A stretch of DNA of 49,653 nt from Syntrophaceae bacterium UBA4059 (GCA_002382045.1 DFZJ01000223.1:9758-59410), one strand, 5' to 3'. Counted from the stretch's first letter, positions 38,532 through 47,590 are shown. Made by a program: numbers and translations. Notes: generated by a model from the letters alone, not told the origin.

Positions 38532-39257
38532 ATGGCAAAAATACCGGATCAACCTCAAGACATTTTTGTTCCCTTAACCGAGGACTATCTTCAGACGTTC
38601 GGCAAGGATCTGGTTTCGCTGATGCTTTACGGAAGCGCGGCGGGTGGTTCTTATGTGAAGGGAAAATCGGATATTAATGTTCTGGTTGTTTTGACGCCTG
38701 AAGGCATCCATCGACTGGAAGATGGGTTTGCTCTGGTCAAAACCTGGAGAAAACGCAATGTGGCCGTGCCGCTGGTGATGACCAAAGCTTTTATTGAGTC
38801 GTCTCTGGATGCTTATCCCATTGAATTTCTCAACATGAAGAACAATTCCATTTTGATTTATGGTGAAAATGTTCTTGAGGATCTGTCTTTCAAGCCGGAG
38901 GACCTGCGTTTGCAGATCGAGCGTGAACTCAAAGGGAAGATTCTTCTGCTTCGGGAAGGGTATCTCGAATCGGAAGGCTCGGCGCGCCCCGTGAGGCAAT
39001 TGATCAGCAAATCCCTGACCGCGTTTGTTTCGATTTTCAATGCGATGCTTTATTTAAAGCAGATGAAGGCGCCGCAAAGCAAACGTGAAACGGTTCAAGA
39101 GATGAACAAGATTTTTGCCGTCGACGCAGCGGTTTTTATGCGGTGCTTCGATATCAGAGAAGGTAAGGATAAGCTTTCCGGCAAAGAAGTAATCGATGTG
39201 TTTAAAAAGTATTTGCGGGAAGTCGAAAAGGCATGTCACATCATCGATGGTTTATAA
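38532..39257 (+). CDS. nucleotidyltransferase-domain protein (KNTase/MNT-like N-terminus, helical C-terminal domain)
   Basis: LMLYGSAAGGSYVKGKSDINVLVVL matches the G-S-x(n)-D-x-D pol-beta NTase signature. The C-terminal ~120 aa are helical. Confidence 0.7.
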   Translation: MAKIPDQPQDIFVPLTEDYLQTFGKDLVSLMLYGSAAGGSYVKGKSDINVLVVLTPEGIHRLEDGFALVKTWRKRNVAVPLVMTKAFIESSLDAYPIEFLNMKNNSILIYGENVLEDLSFKPEDLRLQIERELKGKILLLREGYLESEGSARPVRQLISKSLTAFVSIFNAMLYLKQMKAPQSKRETVQEMNKIFAVDAAVFMRCFDIREGKDKLSGKEVIDVFKKYLREVEKACHIIDGL

Positions 39258-39284
39258 TAATTTAACATAATGGAGGAAGGAAAC

Positions 39285-39857
39285 ATGTCAGCAGGAAAGA
39301 AAATGATCATTGTGGCGGCGGTTATTGCAGTTCTGGCTATTGCCGTATATTCACTGTTTGCGGGTAATTATAACAAGTTTGTGCAGATGGATGTCGGCAT
39401 AAAAGCGGCCTGGTCCCAGGTGGAAAATCAGTTGCAGCGCCGATACGATCTGATTCCCAACCTGATGGAAACGGTTAAGGGTTACGCCAAACAGGAAAAA
39501 GATGTTCTGGTGGAAGTAACCAATGCCCGGTCGAAAGTTGGCGGTGCCGGCACGGTTCCCGATAAGATTGCAGCCAATAATGAATTGTCCGGGGCGCTCA
39601 GCCGGCTGATGGTTGTTGTGGAGCGATATCCGGATTTGAAATCAAACCAGAACTTCATGAAATTGCAGGATGAACTGGCCGGAACGGAAAACAGAATTGC
39701 CGTGGAAAGAATGAGATACAATGACGCGGTGAAAATTTACAATCAGGCCATCCGGACTTTCCCGGCAAACTTTGTCGCCGGCATGTTCGGTTTTAAAGAA
39801 GCCACTTTCTTTGAAGCACCCAAGGAAGCGAAAGCAGCCCCCAAAGTAAAATTCTAA
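39285..39857 (+). CDS. lemA: LemA family protein
   Basis: It has an N-terminal TM helix followed by AWSQVENQLQRRYDLIPNLMETVKGYAKQEKDVL...RYPDLKSNQNFMKLQDEL...YN. GGAGGAAGG lies upstream of ATG 39285. Confidence 0.9.
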   Translation: MSAGKKMIIVAAVIAVLAIAVYSLFAGNYNKFVQMDVGIKAAWSQVENQLQRRYDLIPNLMETVKGYAKQEKDVLVEVTNARSKVGGAGTVPDKIAANNELSGALSRLMVVVERYPDLKSNQNFMKLQDELAGTENRIAVERMRYNDAVKIYNQAIRTFPANFVAGMFGFKEATFFEAPKEAKAAPKVKF

Positions 39858-39881
39858 GCTTTAGTATCCGCTGAATCAATT

Positions 39882-39920
39882 AAAAGCCCTGAACCTTTCA
39901 AGAAAGGTTCAGGGCTTTTT
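39882..39920. terminator. bidirectional rho-independent terminator
   Basis: A perfect 17-bp stem, AAAAGCCCTGAACCTTT / AAAGGTTCAGGGCTTTT, closes a CAAG loop. A-runs and T-runs on both sides let it serve lemA (+) and the convergent envelope operon (-). Confidence 0.7.
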
Positions 39921-39991
39921 CTGTTTATCCGTTATTTCCTTCCGGGTGAAACGGCCGGAAACTGTTTTTGATGATATAAGTGACGATCAAA

Positions 39992-41029
39992 TCACCGAGC
40001 CTTCCCGCCGCCCCCACGGAACAGGATGATGGAACCGCGGGCGTCGAACTTTCCACTGGAGGCGATCCATTTGTTTCCGGCCGGGTCGATCTCCAGCCAC
40101 CAGCTTGCATTATTGGGCAGGTTGAATGGTGTTAGTTTATTCCTGTCTTGTCTTAATAAACCGGGCGCCCGGCTCGTGCCACGGTTAAAATTATTTGCTA
40201 TCCAGAGGACGTTTTGCGCATCAAAGGCCACGTCCTCAAAATAACAGTCGTTACCATAGCCACATCCAATCCGGTGAAATTTTCCGCCTGCATACCGGTA
40301 AGCTCCCCCCGTGTAGTTGACAAAATACATACCGCCGTTTCTATCAAATTTGATAATTTTTGCCATGCCGCCCATCTGAAGACCGGCAGTGCCGGCCTTG
40401 AATACCTCCCATCGTGCGCCGTCAAATTTGGCAATATCCCCTTTCCCTGTACTGATCCAGACGATGCCGTTCTTGTCGATGTTCATGGCGGAAATCTGCC
40501 GATGCGGAATCAATGAGTTTTCCGGAGAAAACAACTTCCACTCTTTGCCGTCGTAGCGGAGCAAACCGGAATAAGTTGTCAGCCACATGACGTTGTTTTT
40601 GTCGAAAGCCATGCATTCCACCTGCTTGACGTACTCCGGGAGGGGAAGAATATCCCTGTTTACGATCTTCCATTCATTGCCGTCATACGTGGCCAGGGGC
40701 GCACCTTTGTAGCAAGTCAAACCGACCCACAGCGTGCCCCTGGAGTCGAAGGCCAGGGGCTTAAAGTTATAGCAGGATGCCTCCGAGAAGGCCGCTGTGG
40801 CTTCCCTCGTGAACTCCTCGCGCGCTGCAGCGGTGAACCGCAAAATGGCTTTCTGTGTACCCGCCCAGACCGTCTTACCATCAGGGGCTATCTTGAGAGA
40901 CGAGAAGTATGGTCTGTCCGTGTTCAGTGCCGGAGATTCAAAAAGGATTTCCATGTCGCCTGCAAAACCGGAAAGGGACATTACGAATATGGCCAGCGCG
41001 ATGATGAACAATGAATAAATATTTTTCAA
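39992..41029 (-). CDS. secreted beta-propeller protein with two-component-regulator-propeller (Reg_prop)-like repeats
   Basis: The signal peptide (KNIYSLFIIALAIFVMSLSGFA) is only included if the TTG at 41029 is the start. Repeats are of the type D..G..W(V/I/L).T..G(L/D)..(Y/F)DG..W..(F/V), for example VMWLTTYSGLLRYDGKEWKLF and GIVWISTGKGDIAKFDGARWEVF. The start abuts the stop of the upstream gene. Confidence 0.6.
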   Translation of the reverse strand: MKNIYSLFIIALAIFVMSLSGFAGDMEILFESPALNTDRPYFSSLKIAPDGKTVWAGTQKAILRFTAAAREEFTREATAAFSEASCYNFKPLAFDSRGTLWVGLTCYKGAPLATYDGNEWKIVNRDILPLPEYVKQVECMAFDKNNVMWLTTYSGLLRYDGKEWKLFSPENSLIPHRQISAMNIDKNGIVWISTGKGDIAKFDGARWEVFKAGTAGLQMGGMAKIIKFDRNGGMYFVNYTGGAYRYAGGKFHRIGCGYGNDCYFEDVAFDAQNVLWIANNFNRGTSRAPGLLRQDRNKLTPFNLPNNASWWLEIDPAGNKWIASSGKFDARGSIILFRGGGGKAR

Positions 41030-41030
41030 T

Positions 41031-41813
41031 TTATTTTCTTCTTTCGTTGAGTTTCTTATTAAAGTCGGGTTGAAGAGATGTGATGACTTGCCGGGCTTCG
41101 TCGAGTCTATCGTGAGGAACCGGTACCCGGGCCTGGTGTATCTGCGGACCATGCCGCTCGATGGCTGCATAGGAGAATGCCAGACACTTCGGGTCCGAAG
41201 AATTGTCCAACCGGCAGTCGACGAGATAGCTGCCGCCGCCCGACCAGGTGTGCAGGGTGCCATTCAACCACACGCCGTGCTGTCCGATGCGCGCCTCGCC
41301 GGTTGGCGTGAGATTACGCCGCCGTGAAATACGGGTTGACAGGGCCGCAGCTCCTGCTACGAGGGCGACGATGGTCAGTCCAACGCCGATCATCAGGACG
41401 GTAAGCTTCGGGTAGAGAACGGCCATCAGGCCGCAATACAGCAATGCAAATCCGGCGGTGATCAGGACGATCAATTTCTTCACACTTTTCTCAGCGGCAA
41501 GTTCGGCACCCGCGAAGGCGCGCCACTCGTCTTCCCTGTAACACCAGTGGGCCAGCAATTGCTCTTCACGAAACAGTTCGCGATAGACTCGCAGGCGATG
41601 CCGAAAAACGAAAGAGGAAAAGAAAGCGGTCACGGCAAAAAAGCCACCGACCAGCATCATGGCAAAAGCGCCATCGCCCATGGCCTTTTCAACGCCATCA
41701 AATAGGATGGGTAAAAGGACCATGACAATTCCCAGCAGCGTCACGGCATAGCAGATGATGAAGGCCTTGAGGGGAGATCCGGTGGTGGTGCTGTCAGTTG
41801 AGGTTGTTTGCAT
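41031..41813 (-). CDS. hypothetical 4-TM membrane protein
   Basis: AAGGA lies 6 nt upstream of ATG 41813. Two TM hairpins are each followed by a soluble segment. No family was recognised. A GTG at 41840 is an alternative start. Confidence 0.6.
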   Translation of the reverse strand: MQTTSTDSTTTGSPLKAFIICYAVTLLGIVMVLLPILFDGVEKAMGDGAFAMMLVGGFFAVTAFFSSFVFRHRLRVYRELFREEQLLAHWCYREDEWRAFAGAELAAEKSVKKLIVLITAGFALLYCGLMAVLYPKLTVLMIGVGLTIVALVAGAAALSTRISRRRNLTPTGEARIGQHGVWLNGTLHTWSGGGSYLVDCRLDNSSDPKCLAFSYAAIERHGPQIHQARVPVPHDRLDEARQVITSLQPDFNKKLNERRK

Positions 41814-41865
41814 GTTTATCCTTGTGGTCGGAGAGGGCACCGCTGCCCGATGCCCAGGTTACAAA

Positions 41866-43086
41866 CTACTTGCCAATAGTTCCCGCGGCATCCAGTTTGA
41901 GCAGCCACACCGCCACGCCTTTGTCGTCACGTCCGCACACCACATAGCCGCCATCAGAAGCCTGCACAACAGCGTATCCGGTTGACAGACGCTTGTCAGT
42001 CATTTCTTTATTCCAGCCAACATTTCCCCGGTTGTCGGTTCGCAGGATCCAAAGGACGGCTTTGCCCATACTTATCCCGCCGGTTGCAATCAATCCGTTA
42101 TCCTTCGTTTCCGTTACGTCAGATAGTCCGGCGCTTCTTCCCTGCTGGTTTTTGCCAAAGGTTTTGTGCCAGCCGGGAGAGCCGTCAGCGTCATACTTTG
42201 CCAGCAATCCGTCTCCATCGCCGGAACCTGCAAAAATGAATCCCCCGTCGCTTGTTGCACGGAGCGCCCCTAGACTACTGCGTTGATACGGGTCAATCTG
42301 ACGTTTCCACACAATCATGCCGTCAGCGTCAACTTTAAAGAAAACCGCATGTTCATCAGGGGTGGTAAAAGCAGCATAGAAGTGCCCATCCGCCGCCTTG
42401 GCAAGGGAAACCGGAGAGGCACCGCCTCCATTGTCAGCGGGTCCCAGAAACTTCTCCCATTGGCGGATTCCGTTTCGGTCAAGTCTTAGCAGCCATGCCG
42501 TTGTTGTTCCCCCAACGCTGCCGAATCCGGCTATGATCAAGCCGCCGTCATTGGTCTGGAGAATGGAGTGCCCTTCGCCGGCGGAGGTATCGGCGCCCCA
42601 CTGACAGCCGTATGATTTCTCCCAGAGGGTTGTGCCTTTTTTGGATAATTTGATTATCCACAACTCGTTCCAGGTTGACCAACCGTGCAGTGCGGACAAA
42701 TTTTTTGTGCCGGTTACCAGATAACCGTCAGAAGTTTCGATAGCGGCATAACCGTGATGAGGGCTGCTTTTGTGAGGGGAAAATATTTTTTCCCAGATCT
42801 TAGCGCCGCGGCTGTCGGTTTTCATGAGCCACAGTGAGGATCCGTTGTCCCTGGCGTTTTCTCCTTTTGATCCGGTCATCAGGTAGCCGCCGTCCGAGGT
42901 GGCAATGACCGCTGCACGATAGTTGTTGAAAGTCGTGAAGGTTTTGCTCCATGTTGCTGAGGCGTTCTTTGATTTTTGCTGTTTGAGTTTCTTTGATGCG
43001 GCATCCGCACGGGCAAAATATCCTGATCCCGTGGTCAGCAGTAAAACAATACAGGTTGCGGCAAGCAAACGGATAAGGACTGTCAT
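41866..43086 (-). CDS. secreted seven-repeat beta-propeller-like protein
   Basis: It has a signal peptide. Seven ~55-aa repeats are built around (T/A)(S/N/K)DGG(Y/F/L)(L/I/V)..G ... W(L/I)(L/M/I)(K/R).D..G...W.K. AAGGAAG lies upstream. Confidence 0.65.
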   Translation of the reverse strand: MTVLIRLLAATCIVLLLTTGSGYFARADAASKKLKQQKSKNASATWSKTFTTFNNYRAAVIATSDGGYLMTGSKGENARDNGSSLWLMKTDSRGAKIWEKIFSPHKSSPHHGYAAIETSDGYLVTGTKNLSALHGWSTWNELWIIKLSKKGTTLWEKSYGCQWGADTSAGEGHSILQTNDGGLIIAGFGSVGGTTTAWLLRLDRNGIRQWEKFLGPADNGGGASPVSLAKAADGHFYAAFTTPDEHAVFFKVDADGMIVWKRQIDPYQRSSLGALRATSDGGFIFAGSGDGDGLLAKYDADGSPGWHKTFGKNQQGRSAGLSDVTETKDNGLIATGGISMGKAVLWILRTDNRGNVGWNKEMTDKRLSTGYAVVQASDGGYVVCGRDDKGVAVWLLKLDAAGTIGK

Positions 43087-43133
43087 TTCTTCTTCCTTTC
43101 AATCGTCTGTCCGTATGTGAAAAAAATCCAGCG

Positions 43134-44393
43134 TCAGGGATTTAGATAAGTGCCCTTAATCTCGACCATACCGTTGCCCCCTGATCTTGCGTTTTGCGAC
43201 CATGAGCCGGGATGGGAGGTTTCAACCCGGTAGGCGCCCGGCTGCAGGACGATGTCCGGTTTGACTTCCCAATAATAAGACGGCTGAGGGGATCCTGATC
43301 TTCCCTGCGCCTGCCAGCTGCCCATCGCGGCGCCCGTTGCATTTAATATCCGTATGCTTCCCGGCATCCCCCTATAGCCATAATGATAGGTAAACATATT
43401 GGTGATCCATACCGGGCGGTCAACGCTGAAGAACGGACTTCTTCCCCCCGATGAAACACCGGCCTCATTGCCATTGTAAAAGATGATCGATTCTTTATCG
43501 GGTTTGCCGGTCTTCATTCCGCTGTCATTTGAGCCGTTTTGTCCGGCGGGAGCGCTTGCTGTTGTCCCCCCGCACACGATACGCGAGAATCCGACGCAGA
43601 AGCCCTCATTGCATACCTTGCTATCTCCCATGACCCACGTTGGTCGGCGATTAGCCAGTTCGAACGATATTGCCCCGGAAAAACCATTTTCCCGGCAGAA
43701 ATAATCGGCTGCGGGTTTCTGGCAGTTGCTCCCCCAGTTGAGACAATTATCGACATAGTGCCCGTTGATCATCGGATCAAGATATGTCTTGGAATTCATG
43801 GATTCTGTTTTTGGCGCTGCCGCAGGAGCCAATCCTCGCAGCTTCACGCCGGACACCGTGTCGCCGTTGTGCGCCCCATTGGGAACGCCGTTCTTCAGCC
43901 AGCAATGATAGGCGGATTTTACATACGTGTAAGCGGCACACTTGAGATCTGTGGCGCATTGGTTTTGACAGAACTTCACGGAAGATGCATTATCGATTCT
44001 TCGATAGTCCGCACCCATGCGATCGGTGTTGGGCTCGCAGGTCACACCGGCTACAGTGGCGCAGCTTCCATCGCCGACCGCACGCTTTTTTACCCCGGAT
44101 ATGGTGTCGTTGTTGGGGGTTGGCCCGGGCACACCATTTTTCAGCCAGCAGTGGTGTGCTGACTTCACATACGTGAAGGCTTCGCAGTTCTTGTCAACAG
44201 CGCAGGCGGAATGGCACGCTTGCACCGATGGGCTGCCATCAATGCGTCGATAGTCCGCGCCCATGCGATCGGTATTGGCCTCCATGGTTAGTATGTCAGC
44301 CCGGACCGACGTTGAAATCATGATGATGACAAAAAAGACGGTCAGTGCCGCTGCAAATGCACAACGCGCTGTTCTGGCAATAAAAGCATGCAT
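43134..44393 (-). CDS. secreted protein with two tandem PAN/Apple-like domains, a Cys-rich module and a C-terminal beta-rich domain
   Basis: GGAGG lies 6 nt upstream of ATG 44393, and there is a signal peptide (MHAFIARTARCAFAAALTVFFVIIMISTSVRA). The pattern NTDRMGADYRRID...C...C......C.A(F/Y)TYVKSA(H/Y)HCWLKNGVP occurs twice, which matches the PAN pattern. Confidence 0.7.
   Translation of the reverse strand: MHAFIARTARCAFAAALTVFFVIIMISTSVRADILTMEANTDRMGADYRRIDGSPSVQACHSACAVDKNCEAFTYVKSAHHCWLKNGVPGPTPNNDTISGVKKRAVGDGSCATVAGVTCEPNTDRMGADYRRIDNASSVKFCQNQCATDLKCAAYTYVKSAYHCWLKNGVPNGAHNGDTVSGVKLRGLAPAAAPKTESMNSKTYLDPMINGHYVDNCLNWGSNCQKPAADYFCRENGFSGAISFELANRRPTWVMGDSKVCNEGFCVGFSRIVCGGTTASAPAGQNGSNDSGMKTGKPDKESIIFYNGNEAGVSSGGRSPFFSVDRPVWITNMFTYHYGYRGMPGSIRILNATGAAMGSWQAQGRSGSPQPSYYWEVKPDIVLQPGAYRVETSHPGSWSQNARSGGNGMVEIKGTYLNP
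43833..44276 (-). repeat. intragenic tandem duplication (2 x ~246 bp) encoding the two PAN modules
   Basis: Residues 40-105 and 122-187 are about 65% identical. The repeat is visible at DNA level (CCATGCGATCGGT at ~44263 and ~44014). Confidence 0.6.
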
Positions 44394-44587
44394 AATAACC
44401 TCCGATTTTGTGATAATTTCCTTCTTCGCAGAAATATAGGCCGCGGTCTGGTATGTCAAGAAAAACTTGCCCCTGTGACCACAAAATAAGAATGTCAGGT
44501 GATGTGTTTCCGGAAATTTTTCTTACCGCTGTGGTAAACTTTGAAAGTGAAAATGATATCGCTTTTGCTTTTTGCTTGAATAATGCC

Positions 44588-44620
44588 AAAAAGAAGCCAC
44601 CGGGTTGGCCGGTGGCTTCT
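44588..44620 (-). terminator. rho-independent terminator of the CoA-transferase gene
   Basis: An 11-bp perfect stem, GAAGCCACCGG / CCGGTGGCTTC, closes a 5-nt loop and is followed on the minus strand by TTTTT. It lies 30 nt after the stop. Confidence 0.65.
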
Positions 44621-44649
44621 GGTAATGGTATTAATTTTTTTAGGCTGAC

Positions 44650-46029
44650 TTACTTTTTGTTGGATTGTCTCCAGATCTTTCTTTTTTCGGCTTCCTTGAT
44701 CAGGTTATCCCGGAAATCCGGATGGGCAATGGAGATCAGTTTTTCCGCCCGATACCAGGTCGGGCAGGTTTTCAGGGATACCGCGCCATATTCCGTTACA
44801 ATGAAATTGACCATCTGACGGGTTACGGTGGTGATACTTCCGATGTCAAAATTCGGGACGATGCGGGATTCAATCGTGCCGTCCTTCTTCTTATGCGTTG
44901 AAGGCAGGCAGATGAAGCTCCGGCCTCCGTTAGACCAGTAAGATCCCAGTACGAAGTCCGACATGCCGCCGTTGCCGGAAATCTGCTTGAACCCGGAGCT
45001 TTCCGCATTGACCTGCCCGTACAGGTCAACCTGCAGAGCCTGATTGATGGAAATAAGATTGTCGATCTGGGCCAGCCTCGTCGGGTGATTGACATATCCG
45101 ACGCTGCAGGAAGCCAGGGCGGGATTATGGTCTATCCAGTCATAAAGGGGCTTTCCCCCCAAGGCGAATGTGTAGTTGATTTTACCCTGATCGAAAGTCT
45201 TTTTCATTCCGTTCATCACACCCGCTTCCCACATATCGTGGTAGGCGTCGACCAGCATTTCCGTCCAGCCGCCCAGATTTTTTAAACCGGACTGGCTGAT
45301 CAGTTTCCCCAGAACATTCGGCATTCCGCCGATGCCCAACTGGATGCAATCGCCGTCTTTCAGATGCGCCAGAACATGTTCGGCGATTTTTTTGTCTGTT
45401 TCCGTCGGCGTGACGACGGGCAGTTCCGCCAAAGCCGTGTGGTTGCCTTCGACCACCGCATGAATCTGCGAAATGTGGATCCGCTCCATGTTTCCGCCGT
45501 ATGCGCAGGGGATGTTATGGTTGACTTCCAGAATGATATTTTTTGAACTGATCGCCTGCAGATAGCAGCAGGAGTTGTGGAGCCCCCAGTTGAAGTAGCC
45601 GTCTTTGTCCATCGGGGCGACTTGCGCCATGAAATGGTCGCGCAGCGGCGTGCCTGCTTTTTTCGGGTCATCCATGGCGTTTGTGACATAGAGTTCCGAC
45701 TCGCCATATAAAGTCGGCTGATAAAAGACGCCCTGACACATTTCCTGCAGGATGCGGGTGAGCAGGCTGAAATGCTGGTCATTGTAGGTAAAAACTTCGC
45801 CTTTGGGATCTTTCTGAACGACTTCCGGGACCGGCGGCACGGTCACGGCAGCCATGATCTTAATATCGCTCAATTCATCTTTTCGCGCCGCCAGCGCGCG
45901 GTCCAGTTCAACCGGTTTGCCGTTGAACATGGCCCAGTCAATCCAGTCGCCGGATTTCACTTTTTTGACCGCCTCTTCGGCCGTCACCAGTTTTTCCTTA
46001 TACATTTTTTGAAAATCGCCCATGGTCAT
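44650..46029 (-). CDS. acetyl-CoA hydrolase/transferase family protein (butyryl-CoA:acetate CoA-transferase-like)
   Basis: Motifs seen are VKSGDWIDWAMF, IQLGIGGMPNVL, LGGWTEMLVDA and ISGNGGMSDFVLGS. The product is 459 aa. Confidence 0.88.
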   Translation of the reverse strand: MTMGDFQKMYKEKLVTAEEAVKKVKSGDWIDWAMFNGKPVELDRALAARKDELSDIKIMAAVTVPPVPEVVQKDPKGEVFTYNDQHFSLLTRILQEMCQGVFYQPTLYGESELYVTNAMDDPKKAGTPLRDHFMAQVAPMDKDGYFNWGLHNSCCYLQAISSKNIILEVNHNIPCAYGGNMERIHISQIHAVVEGNHTALAELPVVTPTETDKKIAEHVLAHLKDGDCIQLGIGGMPNVLGKLISQSGLKNLGGWTEMLVDAYHDMWEAGVMNGMKKTFDQGKINYTFALGGKPLYDWIDHNPALASCSVGYVNHPTRLAQIDNLISINQALQVDLYGQVNAESSGFKQISGNGGMSDFVLGSYWSNGGRSFICLPSTHKKKDGTIESRIVPNFDIGSITTVTRQMVNFIVTEYGAVSLKTCPTWYRAEKLISIAHPDFRDNLIKEAEKRKIWRQSNKK

Positions 46030-46117
46030 ACCTCCTGTTGCTTTCTTAATATTTGCACCCCTTTTTGCAGGGTTTCATGACGTGTATTGGTCCCGGTAAA
46101 GTTTTTGTTGATTTTCA

Positions 46118-46150
46118 TTACCGATGGTTATATTACTAACCAATGGTTAC
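46118..46150. promoter_or_regulatory. two tandem TetR-operator-like inverted repeats
   Basis: TTACCGATGGTTAT (46118-46131) and TAACCAATGGTTAC (46137-46150) each have (T)TAACC-N3-GGTTA geometry. They lie 19 bp apart in the 185-bp divergent region between the CoA-transferase and tetR genes. Confidence 0.35.
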
Positions 46151-46214
46151 ATTAGTCAAGCTTTTTTAGTGCAGTGTCTCAAGGCAAATGATATAGGGAC
46201 GCCGGAGGGGTGAT

Positions 46215-46826
46215 ATGAAAAAAAAGAATTCTTTTTCTGAGCTTAGAAATAATGAGAAAAGAGCCAGGCAGGATGCCATTATCGAGTCCGCCAAGCGGGT
46301 TTTTGCCGTCAAACCATTCAACAAAGTCAGTATTCGCGATATCGCCGGGGAGGCCGGCATCTCTCATGCGTCTATTTACCGGTATTTTCCCGATCAGCAA
46401 TCCCTTTTTCTGGAGGCTTATCTTCATGGCGCCCGGGAAATAACAGCCATTCTTTCTGATATTATTGAGAAAGGTGGAAGAAAAACCATCGAAAAGGTTG
46501 CCGATGCCTATCTCAATTACCTGCTCGATCATGACCAGTATTGCCGGATGATGAATCATTTTATGCTGGACGGTTCCCTTTCCGCAGAAATGGTGGACAA
46601 ACTCAACGCCTCCGAACGCCTTATTTTTGATCAGTTCGATATTCTCTTCCGGAAAGCAAACATGCCGGAACCGGTCAGACCTTTGTCCCATGCTTTCTTC
46701 GCGGCGCTCAATGGTGTTCATGTCACATTCAGAAATTATCCTGGCAGGACTCCCGCGGCTGTCCATCAACATATCCACCATATCGCCCGGGTTATTGTAG
46801 ATAAATTTTGTGCAGCAGCTGTTTGA
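46215..46826 (+). CDS. TetR/AcrR family transcriptional regulator
   Basis: The N-terminal HTH reads FNKVSIRDIAGEAGISHASIYRYFPDQQ. A helical ligand-binding domain follows. Confidence 0.88.
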   Translation: MKKKNSFSELRNNEKRARQDAIIESAKRVFAVKPFNKVSIRDIAGEAGISHASIYRYFPDQQSLFLEAYLHGAREITAILSDIIEKGGRKTIEKVADAYLNYLLDHDQYCRMMNHFMLDGSLSAEMVDKLNASERLIFDQFDILFRKANMPEPVRPLSHAFFAALNGVHVTFRNYPGRTPAAVHQHIHHIARVIVDKFCAAAV

Positions 46827-46878
46827 TGGGAGTTTATCTTTTATTGACATAACAGGTGCGGGGAAATATACTTCGCTC

Positions 46879-47583
46879 ATGATTGAATTGAATGACGTAA
46901 CCAAACGCTATGGTTCCCTTGTTGCCGCCGATCATGTTTCATTTTCCGTCAAAACAGGCGAGTATTTTGCGCTGCTTGGACCGAATGGCGCAGGAAAAAC
47001 GACCATCGTCAAGATGCTGCTGGACTTTACCCGGCCGACATCGGGAAACTTGTCGATAAACGGTTTTTCCAGCACGGAGGCGGCCAGCCGCAACGCGGTC
47101 GGTTATCTGGCTGAGAACCATCATATTCCCCCGCATCTGTCCGGCTGGCAGTATTTGCGGCGCTGTGCGGAGCTCTTGAATGTCAACCGATCCGAGGCCA
47201 TGGATCAATGCCGGCGTATTGTCGAACAAATCGGCATGCAGGGCAGGGAACACACCAAAGCAAACACCTATTCCAAGGGCATGGTTCAAAGGTTTGGCCT
47301 TGGCGCCGCTCTTGTCGGCAATCCAAAGCTTCTTATTCTTGATGAACCGACCTCCGGCCTTGATCCCATCGGCATCCGGGAAACACGCCAGCTTTTAGAA
47401 TCACTCAAAAGCCGGGGAATGACGATCTTCCTTAATTCCCACCTTTTGTCGGAAGTTGAAAAAATATGCGACAACGCCGCCATCATTAATCGCGGCAAAC
47501 TGCTGGTGAAGGACACCATTTCCGCTCTGATCAGGAATGGTGATACGCTGGAAGATGTGTTTGTCCGGTTGGTGAAAGGTTGA
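46879..47583 (+). CDS. ABC transporter ATP-binding protein
   Basis: Walker A is GPNGAGKTT. The signature is YSKGMVQR. Walker B is LLILDEPTSGLD. The H-loop is NSHLL. Confidence 0.9.
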   Translation: MIELNDVTKRYGSLVAADHVSFSVKTGEYFALLGPNGAGKTTIVKMLLDFTRPTSGNLSINGFSSTEAASRNAVGYLAENHHIPPHLSGWQYLRRCAELLNVNRSEAMDQCRRIVEQIGMQGREHTKANTYSKGMVQRFGLGAALVGNPKLLILDEPTSGLDPIGIRETRQLLESLKSRGMTIFLNSHLLSEVEKICDNAAIINRGKLLVKDTISALIRNGDTLEDVFVRLVKG

Positions 47584-47590
47584 ATTGAAA

